NCBI RefSeq assembly: GCF_009914755.1
Contig: NC_060928.1
DNA from: the human T2T-CHM13v2.0 reference genome, Homo sapiens
DNA: 64,000 nucleotides
Strand: one strand, 5' to 3'
The notes under the pieces were generated by a model. That model saw only the letters and a program-made list of their open reading frames with translations. It made no database searches and had not been told where the DNA came from. This document shows positions 28,031 through 41,511 of the stretch, piece by piece. A program made the position numbers and the translations under genes. The stretch's first letter is position 1. The number at the start of each line of letters is the position of its first letter.

Positions 28031-29753
28031 CTATATGATGTCTATGTAGTCACAGAATACACAAACATATGTTTATGTGTCTATGTAAATAAGTAGATAT
28101 GAGACTCTGTTTTGCACCATACAGGGTGCTGTGCCTGTCACGTATGTATAGTCTTTGTTCTTGTTCTATCAGGGTTCATAACCTCACATTCTTGGCATCT
28201 ATTGTGCAGATTCTTTACTTTTATGCACACTGTGGACCTCCCTTCTCTCTACTCCATTTTCAATTAGGTAGGAATTCTATGGACACGTTTTCTAATAATT
28301 TTATAAAAATGTTTTCTAGTAAACATTTTTATTTTTCTAATAAATGCTTGAATTTTGAATTCTAGTAACTTATAGTGTCTATCCAGACTCCTAGAACACT
28401 TGTTGCTTTATATCCTGAGAAAGATCTCTACAAAGGTATTGGTAAATTAATACTGAACACTTGATTTTTAAAAAAAAATTTAAGTTACAAATTGACCTTA
28501 CTTTAACTTCAAAATGAATTATTTTCCTCAATACCATATAGGCAAAAGAAGGCTGTTTAAGTACTTAAAATGGGGCTTGGCACATGGTAACTGCCCCCAT
28601 TGTCATCATTGTTATTATCAGATGATTATTGATTTGGAGTAAAAAGGAAAAGCAAGTAAACCAAAGACAGAAGCATGTGATAATATAATTGCGTTTAAAT
28701 GGTGGGGATGGTACATTAGCTATACGAAGAGATTTACAGAAAGTAACTTGGTTATATTTATCCTCACATTTCTCCCACTCCTATTATTACTCTTCACTTT
28801 CATAAAAATACTTTGAACATAACTTGTTAGTAACACATGTAGACGAAAACTTTCAATTACCAAAAATGTTATTAACTGTCTGTGACCATTATTTTGGAAT
28901 TTCATTAGTTTTCTACTTTTCCATGAACTCAAAAATAATATTACAAATGAATTTCATCTCCTGATTTCTGCAGTCCAGCGGTAAGATCAAAATGTACAAA
29001 ATAATAAAACATTTAGTGCTCTGGCTTCCATATCTTCCATATATGAGGGGCTGGACTGCATGCAGTAAGCACTAAATAGAATTACATCAAACTGAATCAT
29101 TCTAATCCATGTTTGCTACATTTTAATTAAAACCTATGTATCATTGGCCAAATACTCCATAGGTTAAAAAAAAGGGTACAAAAATACGTTGGTTATAATA
29201 ACCTGAAAAAATGAAAAGGATAAACACATTTGTTAAGCTGATACTTGTCTATTTGTTTAAGAACATAAGCTCTGAGGGGTCAGACACCAAGTTTGAATTG
29301 TTTACCTTTTTTATTTTCCTGCCATGGAAGTAGCAGTTAGTAGGCATTCCATAAATATTAATAAATGATTGTAAAACTGCATTTATGCTAGTATTTTAAT
29401 GTCAAATCCTATCTATACCTAATAATTCCTCATTATTTCTGGACATAAAATTAACAATACTCTCACGGTATAGTGAAATCATCATCTAGTAACAAAAATA
29501 AGAATCTAAAGTATCATTAACCATAATAATCTAAGAAATAAGTAAAAATGCAAAGTCCTAATTACGCCTAGAAGCTAAAAAACACAATCTGACATAAATA
29601 TCTAATCAGCAATATGCTCGCTGTATAAAGCTCTTGATGTCGTCCCATGAAGTTGAAGGAAAGGCAGGTTCAGATAACCACTGAAAGTCATTATCCTTGT
29701 CACAGCAATAAAAATAATCAAATGAAGGCTTATTTAGCTATATTTTTATATCG

Positions 29754-30000
29754 CAGTTAAACACTGAACAAGATAAGATTGAACTGCACAGATCCCTTTA
29801 TACACAGATTTTTCTTTTGCCTCTGCCACCCCTGAGACAGCATGATCAACCTCTCCTCCTCCTCAACCTACATATATAAAGACGACACAGATGAATACCT
29901 TCATGATGATCTACTTCCACTTAATGAATAGTAAATATGTTTTCCCTTATGATTTTAATAGCATTTTCTTTTCTCTAGCTTACTTTATTGTAAGAATACA
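29754..30000 (+). mobile_element. Tigger2a-like DNA transposon fragment
   Basis: Degenerate TIR cagttaaacactgaacaa, then gcctctgccacccctgagacagca and cttccacttaatgaatagtaaata as in the Tigger2a consensus. Confidence 0.85.
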
Positions 30001-30109
30001 AATAATCTTGCACTATTATACAGCAAACCATACTGAACCAGTGTAATTAAGAGTTTTTTTAAGCAAATTACAAGAAGCCAAGGGGAAAAAAACCAATTTG
30101 TTGAAGAAG

Positions 30110-30702
30110 AAAGGCAGTTTGAAGATTTCCCAAAGAACTAAAAATAGAACTACCATTTGATCCAGCAATCCCACTACTAGGTATCTATCCAAAGGAAAAA
30201 AAAATGGTTCTACCAAAAAGACACCTGAACTCATATGTTTATCACAGCACTATTCACAAGAGTAAAGACGTGGAATCAACTCAAGTGCCGATCAGTGGTT
30301 GACGGGCTAAGGAAAATGTCGTCATATATACCATGGAATACTACACAACCATAAATAGGAATGAAGTCAAGTCCTTTGCAGCAACATGGATGCAGCTGAA
30401 GGTCCTTATCCTAAGTGAATTAACACAGAAACAGAAAATCAAATACTGCATGTACTCACTTATAAGTGGGAGTTAAACAATGAGTTACATGGAAATAGAG
30501 ATGGAAATAATAGACACTGAGGACTCCAAAAGTGGGGACCAAAGGGGGCAAGGGCTGAAAAACTACCTATTGGGTGCTACGGTCACTACTTGGGTGATGG
30601 GCTCAATAGAATCCCAAACCCTAGCACTACACAATATATCCATGCAACAAACCTGCACATATGTAGATATGTGCCCCTTGAATCCAAAATTAAAAATAAA
30701 AG
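30110..30702 (+). mobile_element. L1PB/L1MA-type 3' fragment
   Basis: aaagaactaaaaatagaactaccatttgatccagcaatcccact...ctcacttataagtgggag...A-rich tail. Confidence 0.9.
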
Positions 30703-30704
30703 AA

Positions 30705-31900
30705 ACTGTCTTCCTTATTGCTCTGGTATGTCCCTGGCTGCTCCTTCCTAGGCTTCTTTGCGTGATCATCCTCCTATTCTAGACCTTTACATATTGGGGG
30801 ACCTCCGGCTATGTCTTCAACTCTCTTTTCTAGCTATACTCTCCATGAGGTGAACCCGTCCAGTTCCTTGGCAAAATAGCGTCAACACAGTGGTGACTCC
30901 CAAATTTATATCTCCAGATACAACCTCTTCACTTAATTTTAGACATGCGTATTCAACCGCTTACTCACCAGATCCACTTTGCCACCAAAGAGACATCTCC
31001 GAGTTACCATTCCCAAAACCAAACTCTTGATCTACTGTCTTAAACTTACTAATATCCTACACCTCTATTCTCCAAGAATTTGTTCTCTCAAAAAAACAGC
31101 ACCATAATTCAGTAATTGTTCAGGTCAAAAATTCTGGGATCATCCTTGACTCTTACACTTATCTAATCCATCAGCAGATCCTGACACCTCTAACTTCACG
31201 AAACATCCACTCACTCCTATTCTCAGGTAAGTCACTGCTTTCCTGCCCAGCATCCTGACTAAACACCCACTTTCACTTTTGTCCCCCAGAAGCTTATTCA
31301 TCTGGAGTCAGAGTAATCCTGTAAAAACATAAATCAGACCATTCCACTCCCCAGCTCTCAAACTGAGCAGCTTCCCATCATATTTTGATTAAATTTCAAA
31401 TATTCACACATCATGACCGATAAGGCCCTACATGATCAGGTTGTGGGTATCTCTGAAATCATTTCTTCCCACTCTCTCTTTCATTCAAATATTCCCAGCC
31501 ACCACAGCTTCCTTGCAGAACTTGGACATGCCAAGCACAACACACTCTTAGCGTTTTCAAATACCCTTGGCCCTACACCTGAAATACTCTATCTGGATTA
31601 CTGCAAAGTTTACTTTTTCGTTTTATGAAGCTCTTTCATTCAAGATCTCTTTTCTTAGCTAGCAAACACGGATACTATCCCATCAGACTATTTTTATATT
31701 GCTTATTTTTCTGTGTAGAATTTAAAATTGATGGACAGAATAGCATATAATTATTTTTGTCTGCTTACACTGTTTTCCCTAATAATATACATGTTTCATG
31801 ATGGTAGGGACTTGTCTGTTTACTCATCATGATATCACCAATACCTTTAAGAGTCCCTGATGCACAGTAGATGCTTAATAGTTACTGAAAAACTGAATAA
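30705..31900 (+). mobile_element. L2 LINE 3' portion
   Basis: gactcccaaatttatatctccag, gtcatccttgactc-like, ending gcacagtagatgcttaata...gaataaat. Confidence 0.75.
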
Positions 31901-32299
31901 ATTCAAGAAATCAAGTTTTAGCTATGCATGACCCACATGCATAGATAATTCAGAATATAATTTATAGTCATCATATTCTTACAATGAAGATATATTTATA
32001 ATTACCAAACTGCTTTCCAAATATTTAAATGCAAATGTCACAGAGGAATCTAGGTCTATAGAAAACTATACAATAATTGATCACAATAAGTTTGTCATAA
32101 AAATTATAAAGATATGTAAATATCATTGGTATAGTCTTTCCAAAGAGAGCTAATATATACTATATATGTATATTTATATGATTCAGAAAATTTCAACAGG
32201 TTTTAAAATATTGTTTTCCCCCTCAAGATAATAACAAAAAACAAAATCCCGCTGCCCAGAGTTGTTGAGATAAGGAATAAAAAGCAAAAAGGCACTTAC

Positions 32300-32363
32300 C
32301 TCCCTTTTTCTACCAAGAGTAAAACATCCAGTTTTTCCCCATTTTGAACCATTGTGCTGATTG
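32300..32363 (-). CDS. ARAP2: Exon w11 (64 nt): PH4
   Basis: cttcag|CA ATC ... GGG AG|gtaagt; (T)ISTMVQNGEKLDVLLLVEKG(R); phases 1/2; preceded by a 188-nt intron. Confidence 0.94.
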
Positions 32364-32551
32364 CTGAAGGGAGAATGAAAAGCAAAAATTTATTTTTTAA
32401 AACACTATAATAAACACCCATGAAGACACAAATATTAATACTGCTTAGTCATAAGTTTGGGAGTAAGCCATCAAGATCTTACTAAAGGCTATCATTATTG
32501 TATGCAATAAAGAAAAGTGTTCCAAAGATAAGGGAAGAAAAAAGCTCTTAC

Positions 32552-32750
32552 TTAGCTCTTGCAGTCTTCTTAAGTGCATTCTATCTCCCTGAACTTCTTG
32601 CATTTGAAGGCAAAAATGCAAGCTGGATTTGTCCATAGCAAACCAGCCTTTTCTCCACTGATCCAGGGCATGGCAGTCTTTGTAGAAGAGTTGACCAATC
32701 AAATCATAGTCAGCTTCTGTTAAGTTTTCAGCAAATAAGGGAACAAAATG
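32552..32750 (-). CDS. ARAP2: Exon w10 (199 nt): PH4
   Basis: taacag|CAT ... CTA A|gtaag; HFVPLFAENL...DQWRKGWFAMDKSSLHF...LRRLQEL; phases 0/1. Confidence 0.95.
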
Positions 32751-33408
32751 CTGTTAAAACAAATACAAAAAAGTAATAAAGACAGTGAAAATAGGAAATC
32801 CCTTCCCTATCTACTGATATGAGAGAAGGTAGACAAATTATCTTAGTTTTTCAATTTTAAAGATTCAAAGGTAACACCAAATTCAAAACAACTAAACTTG
32901 CTATCAGTCTTAAAACTGAACAACTATAATGCATTTTCAAATGGCAGCATCTTAAACCATTTTTCTTGCTATGTATAGAGTTGAAACTGCAAGGCATTCT
33001 CTTAACTGATTTGTGGAACTTTTCAAAATGTCAACCTTCAGCATTTTTCTCCATTTATATATTTTCCTGAATCTGCTCTTTTCTCCTTTGTGTATACCTT
33101 GAATAAAATATCTACCTATAAAAAGACTTATACAGAAATGACTTTACAGTATTGAGAATATCCTAACCATCAAAAACATGGCCTTAATTTGAAGAATGAT
33201 TTCTCCAAGTCTTACTTTAATTTCTTCCCTGCTTAAGGCTCCTAGAAGGTAGCTACCTCTTTTGACTACTTTTTTTGAAAATCTAATGAAGTATGAACTT
33301 TATTCCTACAATCTTATATAAAACTTTCATGGACCCCTGAAGCTCAAACACAGACTCCCAGTTCACAATCTTCTCTGGATTTAGAGCAGTAACATAATAT
33401 TTAAATAC

Positions 33409-33511
33409 CTTGGCTATTGCCTCTGTCCATTTTCTTTGAGCTTGAGATGTTTCAGCTCCAAATAAAAACACACGTTCGGAGGGTAAGTAGATCTCAAAGA
33501 TAAAGATGGGC
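33409..33511 (-). CDS. ARAP2: Exon w9 (103 nt): PH3 C-terminus
   Basis: ttttag|G CCC ... AAG|gtatt; PIFIFEIYLPSERVFLFGAETSQAQRKWTEAIAK; phases 2/0. Confidence 0.95.
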
Positions 33512-35338
33512 CTAAAACATGCACAAATAAAAAGATACTACCAGTTATATTTAGCTCTTAAGAAAATGAATAACACAAAGGTCATGTTTTTAATTAAATT
33601 CCTTTTAAAATAAACTAATGTTATGAAATCATCCTATTAGATTCTGTTAATGGTTTGCATTTTATTCAAATGAGGTAAATGGAACACACTGGATTGGACA
33701 AAAGGAATATTTTGTATAATCATTTAATCATTCTATTGTATAACTTTGTTTATGCCCTGGACACTCATCAGTTGACTGATGTAGCAAAGGGCTCTCCTTG
33801 GTCTCCTCTTCCCTCTCTCACCACTCCTTCTTGATTTACTCTGACCAACTGTTCAAAGCAAACACTGCCCAAACAGTTTTTAACCCTCTTCTTTTCTAAC
33901 TTCAAATGGTCCCAGTCACACAGCAGGTTCCCTCCAGAACACAAACACATCAAGCTTTAAATCTTACAGTTTTCCTAAGAAAGATAAATTTTCCTTTCAT
34001 CATCTCAACTTACCCCAAATTTCTTATTCTTACTATAGATCAAATTAAAGCGACATTCCATGCTCTGAATTCTTTCCTGAGTTCCTCATTCACAACTCCA
34101 TTTATTTCTTAGCACATGCTAAGTATGTGTGCTATTCTTACCTAAAAATCTCAAAATACCCTATGCTAAAGTCATCTTCCTTTCTCCTCTTTTCCACCCC
34201 AAGCCTGTTGTATCCCCTTCATGTCCTAATTTAGAAGCATCACAATCAATCTCATCACAACAAGCTCAAAACCCTTGAGTGTAACTTGTTCTTCCCCTTA
34301 ACATCAACTCTTGTCCAGTCATTTAATCTTAGCAGTTCACCCTCTTCCTCTAGTTAAATTCTCAACAATTAGTCTCTCTTCCTCCAATCTCCTTACCACT
34401 TCTTCCAGCTCTCTTCCTAAAATATGTCTATATAAATCTTCAGTGCCTACATTATTGAGGTCATACTCTCCAATGTGTTATTTGAGGCAATTCAGCAAGA
34501 ATTTTATGGCAACAATTATTTTTTAACCACATCTCATTGTAGATACTTTCTCTCTGCATAGCTACTTGTATCAGTAATGTTATCAAGAATATTTTAAACA
34601 TATTAATATGCTGATATAAACTATTCTTTTTTATATTTCATTTACTACTTAGTAACTTAATATATAGAATCTACTTATTTTAACATTCCATAAGTCATAT
34701 TACATTGAATAATCATTTAGAGTAAAAGCACTATTAAAACAAAAACAAGTCAATTAATAATCAGTTTTGTTCACATCAAAAATCAAATCAGATTTACTAT
34801 AAAACAAGTCATCTCAACTAGTCATCATATAATAAAGGTAATATGTTCAATGTAGTTTTATGTAAATAACAGCTTTGCAAATCTCTTTCCTTTCTCATAT
34901 AAAAATCTTATTTAAAATCTATGCTCCTATAAAACTTTTTTCAGATTTTAATATCAATGTTTTTCATTAATTACATCAAAAAACATGATAAGACACTTTC
35001 ACACCAAAGATCTTAGATGGCCTGCTTTTAAAGTCCTGACAAAGATTTATTTAAACCATAGTAGATGTGAGTCAAATATATTACATAAATAATGCTTAAT
35101 CTATTCATTGTTACTTTTTTCTGACCATTAAATTAACAAACAGCTCTTTAAGAAATTTAGCATTTCAATATGCTACTAAATATTGTTTATTTTAATGTGA
35201 ACAGATCGTCATAGGATATTCTCCTTTCTTACCTGTTTTAATTATGATACTCATTAAATGAATAAATGAATTTTACCACTAGTCCACTATTTTAAATAAT
35301 AAGTAACAAAATTAAGTGACTATAATGGTCATAAGTGA

Positions 35339-35652
<314 letters not shown>

Positions 35653-35899
35653 ATTTACATAAGATTTGATTCGAAGATGCTAGCACTTCATATTACCTAC
35701 TATAAATATTTTAGTCTTCCTACTTTGTAGTGAATTCCCAAAAGAAATTTCAGAAGGCGCAAGATAAGTAAGCTTCAAAAACCATTCAACCCTTCTATTA
35801 GAAGCAACTAAAGAACTAAAATGATAACAAAACTCTCATTACCTGTTATAATTATCTGAAAATACCTTTTACCTCCTAATTGTGTAATGACAGACCTAC

Positions 35900-36044
35900 C
35901 CAGTATTTAAATAGAAGTCCTCTTTGTGTATAGCCAGGCAGATAACTTCATTGATATTAATGGTGCCATTAGGTGTGGTAGACTTATCATTTTCATAGTA
36001 ACTCAAGAAGCCTCCTTCCAAAACACACCATTTTTTATTTGTCT
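35900..36044 (-). CDS. ARAP2: Exon w8 (145 nt): PH3
   Basis: ttcttag|AG ACA ... ACT GG|gtagg; (E)TNKKWCVLEGGFLSYYENDKSTTPNGTININEV...NT(G); phases 1/2. Confidence 0.95.
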
Positions 36045-36529
36045 CTAAGAATTTGAAACAAAACAAATAACAAATTGAGCTAATCACGAATCCAATTTTA
36101 AAAACAAAAACATACTTCTAAATAATGGCTGGATGCAAGTAAATAAATTTATTAATTTCCTATTTCACATAAAGTATATGTTATTGCTGCATGGGATATA
36201 AAGTTGTCACATTCTCTGCTCTCCAAAGAATTTACAATCTAGTAGCAAGGAATGTACAAAACAAAAATGACTGTGACATTGATAACCAGAGAAGGCAGAG
36301 CTGTAAAGAGGTTGCTGAAAAACAACTCTGAAGCTGCAAAGAATAAAATGTCTGTAGAGTATTAAAAGGAAAACAAAAACGTAGCATGAAAAGTGAGACT
36401 GCAGCTTGTGGTAGGTATGCAAAGGAAGAAGGATCAGAATCTGCACGGCCCTTAATGCTTGTTCAGAAGATTTCAAATTCATCTTATACTGAAGTCAGCA
36501 CATTATCACCTGCAGGCTAAATCAGAACA

Positions 36530-36975
36530 TCACCTAAAATATAGATTAGATCTACAGACATTAAGACTACTAAGGTCTATATATTAGCTATAATGGATAA
36601 AGTCTATATATTAGATAATTTCTGAAGCTGGATTACTGTTCTGTGGTTACTTTAGGGCATTATTTATAAAAGCCTTTCTTTTTAAGAAATGCATACTGAA
36701 TTACTAAAGGTAAAGTGGTATCATGTCTTCAACTTACTTTTAAGTGTGCATATAAAGTGTGAGATAAATATATACCCGTATATACATACATATGATACAT
36801 ATGTATGTGTATTATACATAGGCATATATATACACATACTCAGAAAGAAAAATACAGCAAATGTAAAATGCTAATAATTGATACATCTGGGTAAAATGTA
36901 TATGAGAATTATTTGAGCTATTCTTAGAACTTTTCTGTAAGTCTCAAATTATTAGTCAAACTAATTTAAAAGTTT
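36530..36975 (+). mobile_element. Old L1M 3' end containing a TA-rich tract
   Basis: aaatgcatactgaa...atctgggtaaaatgtatatgagaatt...aacttttctgtaagt. Confidence 0.6.
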
Positions 36976-38829
36976 AAGAATATATTAAACTAATTTCAAA
37001 TTTTTCCTTTAGCATATGATTAGAATCTTAGGTGGGTGTGGGGGTGACATGAAAGAAAATAAGACAATGTATTTGGCTTCAAAAAACAATCACAAGGAGT
37101 AACCATTAAAACAGTGACACCTAGAGAGCTAGATAGGACACAGTATTCTGAAAATGAATTACCAAATGAAAAGTCCAATCATAACTGGCAGAAGCAAATA
37201 GCATAAACGAATCCTTTATGGACAATGGAAAAGAAAGTTAACAGAGACCAAAGCAATTCCTGGTCAAAGGTGAAATATAATTCCAGGGCCCTCAAATCTT
37301 GAGTCACAGTGTATGTCCTGCACAGTTAGATAAAAATCATGAAAAGCCACAATTTTTAAATGAACACTCATTGTGAGTTTCTAAAATATAAGAAAAGGTA
37401 AAGTCAAAATACGAATCAAAGGGAGTTTGGAAGTAATTTCAAAACAATGTATTCAGACGTCTAGAAGAATCTTTGTAAGAGAATAAATAAAAAATGCATA
37501 ATTATTCAGTACATAGATAATCACTGGCATAGATTAGGAGATCCACCCCTGTTCTCAGGCAGCTTATAATCCAATGAAAGGGGAGATGTGTCCAAAATGA
37601 TAATCAGCAGGTTGTCTCTTTAGTAGATTAGAAGCATTCAAGGAGGTAAGCCCCCCCACCATACTGAAGTGATAAAAAAAAAAAACTGCAAAGAAAAATG
37701 TCTATAAAATAATCCCTTACGATTTAGGAGCCATGTTTCTAAAGTAGCAAAAAATGCATTCAGAGCTACAATCCTTCCATAATATCAGGAAAGAACAGTA
37801 TGAGGGAAGTCATAGAAAGGTGAAACTGCAAAAACCCTATTTGCCCAGAGAATCAGATTACACGTGAAGTTGGGAAATGGGAAACAAGATTGCAGGTTCA
37901 TGGCAGAGGCCAGACCCTAAGAGTCTCACTTGACGGGTGTTCAGGAGTTTGTGCCTCTCTCACTTAGACAAGTGGGAGCCATTCAAAGGTCTTAAACAAA
38001 CAGTGCCAAATGAATTAAGCATAACATAAATGTGACTGCAGATCTCATTATGTAAATTCTAATGGGAAACAAATGACAGATCTCTTTAAAAGGGTATGTA
38101 CAAACTCATTTTCAGTTAGAATAATAAGCTTGAGGAGAGTCAGTCCTGTAGCATTTTCATTTCTGTAACCATTTCTTAGCTTTATTTTTGTAAGTGAAAT
38201 GGGCCAGAAGTCAGACAAGGCAGGTGCACGTATTGTCTTTGAGGGTTTATAATAACAAAGCTGTGACAGGAAATCGTGACATTCCCATTGATATGGGAAG
38301 CAATTTAAAGGTTTAACAAGATTATATTGAATGATACTGGTCTGTTTGGGCCAATTTAGATATTCACTCCTAAATCTGACTTTGAGAAATGTCGGTACCC
38401 TCCATGAAACCCTCTCTGCTCCACAAGTCATTTTAATTGTTAAAGGAAGCTGTCTACCAACATAAAATTGGGGCCACAGAATGAATGACACTCAGGACTC
38501 AGCTGTTCCATAAACAGGAACTTATATGTAAGATGCAAGTAAAGTTAGTGGATTGGCAAGAGGGATTATTCATTCTTTCAATTCAATCTTCATGTTGAGA
38601 TCAGTGAAGAAAAACATTACGACAGGATTTACTCAAGCACAGGTAAAGAACTCCCCAGAGGTGACCCACTGAAATGCTACCATGGAATGATATGCGTAAT
38701 ATAGTTGGATACCTTGATTGTCAGCTACAGCCTACAGGACAACATACCTAAACTCATAGGCTAACTGGAAGCCAGGGGAAACTGTTTAAACATAAGCCCT
38801 TCACTACTCCTCTTCTTCATCATCATCAT

Positions 38830-39040
38830 CATATTTATGTGCCATGCACTGTTCATGCTTTAACTCATTGAATCCTCAGACCAACCCAATTATGTCAGTT
38901 ATGTTGTGCCCCTTCCTTGTACCCTTTTCACTGGCACATAACAGTTAATCGACATTCCTGAGGTCACACTAAGTATTTAGCATCAGAGCTGGGGAAGGAA
39001 CTCCATGCAATTGGGTTCTGAAAGTTGCTGCTTTAACCTA
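38830..39040 (-). mobile_element. MIR SINE (degenerate)
   Basis: atgctttaactcattgaatcctca...tgaggtcacact...cagagctggg. Confidence 0.6.
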
Positions 39041-40638
39041 ACAGGCAGGTGGGTTCTGGAAGCTGCCCTCTTTATGCTTGCAAACAGTTACTCACTGTAT
39101 CTGTTATATGCTTGAACTATATACATTCAACTCAAAAAATGTATTACGGTAAAGAATGTGTACAATACATCTGAGGTAGTTAAGACAAAACTATTATTTT
39201 TGAAACTATGAATTTGCTTCATGTTGAGGAATTTCCTAAATTAATAGTATTCGGCACCCACTACAAACAGTAAGATACATTAGTAATCCTTTTCATTTAA
39301 AATACATGTGATTTAGCCTTGGAAAAACATGTTTAAGCTATACAATCTAGGATTTCACAGAACAAAATATCTTCAAAATTCCTCAATGCTAATTTACAAA
39401 GTTAAATATAAACAGAAATAGAATTTCTAGTAATCCAAATCAACCACTTTCTTTTTGAAAATCAAATACTATGTAAACAAATCAAGGTAAGATATCAAGG
39501 GAAAAAATATGGTTGAGGTGGGAAAAGGGAAAACAAAACCAGGATGCTATTATTCAACTGTGTACTTAGGTTCAACAAAAGCAATCCATCTTTCTTTTCA
39601 TGAACACTAAATTGAAAAGGAAAAAAAAAAGAAAGAAAAATACAGATCAGTCTTTATAACCAGAGGCCAGAAAAACTTCAAATCTTAAAAACCTGAACTG
39701 ACAATTTGAAGCCTCTGTAACTCTGGGACTGCATGCATTTTATTCCCAGACTTTTGTCTTTGTTTTTAATCATTTTGCTCTATGGCTGTCCTGACAAGTG
39801 CTGATGGAGTGGTAGCATCCAGGTGCTTGCTTTCAGAGGCAAAGGTGACAACCACACTTTAATCTCTAAAACTTTCCAAATAATTCATTTTTTTCCATAA
39901 ATCTGATGTTCAACAGAAACAACACTATTGCACAAACTTCAAGGGTGAAAAAGAAACAAAATCAGAAGTTTTTCTGGATAGTTCAACTTTTCCTGTTTAT
40001 TTGTAAATAGGGGCTTTCTGCACAAGATATGCTTTGTGCCAGCAATTATATCTTTTTATCCACAGATCAAAACAAAAATATTGATATATGAGTCACCCAT
40101 TTACACTAGTAGTAACTTCCCTAAAAAATGATTCTTCATTCATTCCACAAATATTTATCATGTCCTACCATGTGCTGACACTGTTTGGGGTATCAAAGAT
40201 TTGATAATCCTTGACAAGCTAGAAAAAGCTGATGCCTCATTGAGCTTTCACTTCAGGGGGAAAGAGAAACAAATAAATGGAAACAGGATCATCTCCATGT
40301 GATCAGTGGTAGGACAAACATACACAGCATCCTATGAAAGAGAAGGGCTGGCAGTGGGCTCACACTTTAGCAGGGTGCCAGAGAGGCCTCACTAACTAGG
40401 GGGCACTGAATTGATTCCTGAATAAGAAGAAGGAACCAGACTGAGGGAAGTGCCCTCTTTGCATAGGGAACAGCAGGTGAAAAGGTCCAGAAGAGGCAGA
40501 AAAGGACTTGGCATGTTCCAGGAATAAGGAGGAAACCAGTGCAGCCAGGCAAGTAACCATGTAGAGGACCACACCACCATGGAGAAGAATAACAGTAGAT
40601 GCAGGAGATGAAGGGAGGGAGGTACAAGAAGGTCTTTT

Positions 40639-40772
40639 TTATTTTTTATTTATTTTTTTTTTTATTTTTAATTTTTTTTTTAGACCGAGTCTCGCTGTGT
40701 CTCCCAGGCTGGAAGTGCAGTGGCGCAATCTCGGCTCACTGCACGCTCTGCCTCCCAGGTTCACGTCATTCT
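40639..40772 (-). mobile_element. 5'-truncated Alu (right arm only; AluY/Sc-like) with TSD
   Basis: T-rich tail plus gagtctcgct...ggttcacgtcattct; TSD aaggtctttt at 40629-40638 and 40779-40788. Confidence 0.88.
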
Positions 40773-40874
40773 TCTAATAAGGTCTTTTAGGTCACAATAA
40801 AAAATAAGGTTATATTCTGGAATGAGGAGCCAGTAAGTATACTTGAGCAATGGAATTACATGATCAGTTTTCCT

Positions 40875-40973
40875 GTTTGGTTGTTGTTGCTGTTTACTTT
40901 TAGAAGACACGGTCTTCCTATGTAGCCCAAGCTGTGTTCAAGCAATCCTCCTACCTCAGCCTCCTGACTACCT
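40875..40973 (-). mobile_element. Old Alu monomer (FLAM/AluJ) fragment
   Basis: ggtcttcctatgtagcccaagct...tcaagcaatcctcctacctcagcctcc. Confidence 0.7.
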
Positions 40974-41000
40974 GTGTGATTTCCATTTTTAAAGATAATT

Positions 41001-41272
41001 GGCTGGGCACAATGGCTCATGCCTGTAATCCCAGCACATTGAGAGGCTGAGACAGGCAGATTACTTGAGGTTAGGAGTTCGAGACCAGCCTGGTCAACAT
41101 GGTGAAATCTCATCTCTACTAAAAATACAAAAATTAGCTGGGTGTGGTGGTGGATGCCTATAATCCCAGATATTCAGGAGGCTGAAGCAGGATAATTACT
41201 TGAACCCAGGAGGCAGAGGTTACAGTGAGCTGAGATTGTGCCACTGCATTCCAGCCTGGGTGACAGAGCAAG
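41001..41272 (+). mobile_element. AluS SINE
   Basis: Full dimer from ggctgggcacaatggctca to gacagagcaaga; tail replaced by purine repeats. Confidence 0.95.
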
Positions 41273-41511
41273 AGAAAGAAAAAGGAAGGAAGGAAAGAAG
41301 GAAAGAAGGAAGGAAGGAAGGGAGGGAGGGAGGGAGGGAAAGAGAGAGAGAGAGAGAGGGAGGGAGGGAGGGAGGGAGGGAGGGGGAAAGAGAGAGAGAG
41401 AGAAAGAAAGAAAGAAAGAGAAAGAAAGAAAGAAAGAAGAAATGAAAGAGAAGAAAGAAAGAAAAAGGAAGGAAGGAAGGAGGGAGGAAGGAAGGAAGGA
41501 AGGAAGGAAAA
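41270..41511. repeat. About 240-nt compound purine microsatellite (GGAA/GGGA/GA/GAAA)
   Basis: Essentially all A/G on + (a single T). Confidence 0.97.

Noticed and set aside
38048-38491. 147-aa minus-strand intronic ORF
   Set aside because: Non-ATG start, no recognisable motif, no convincing splice sites.
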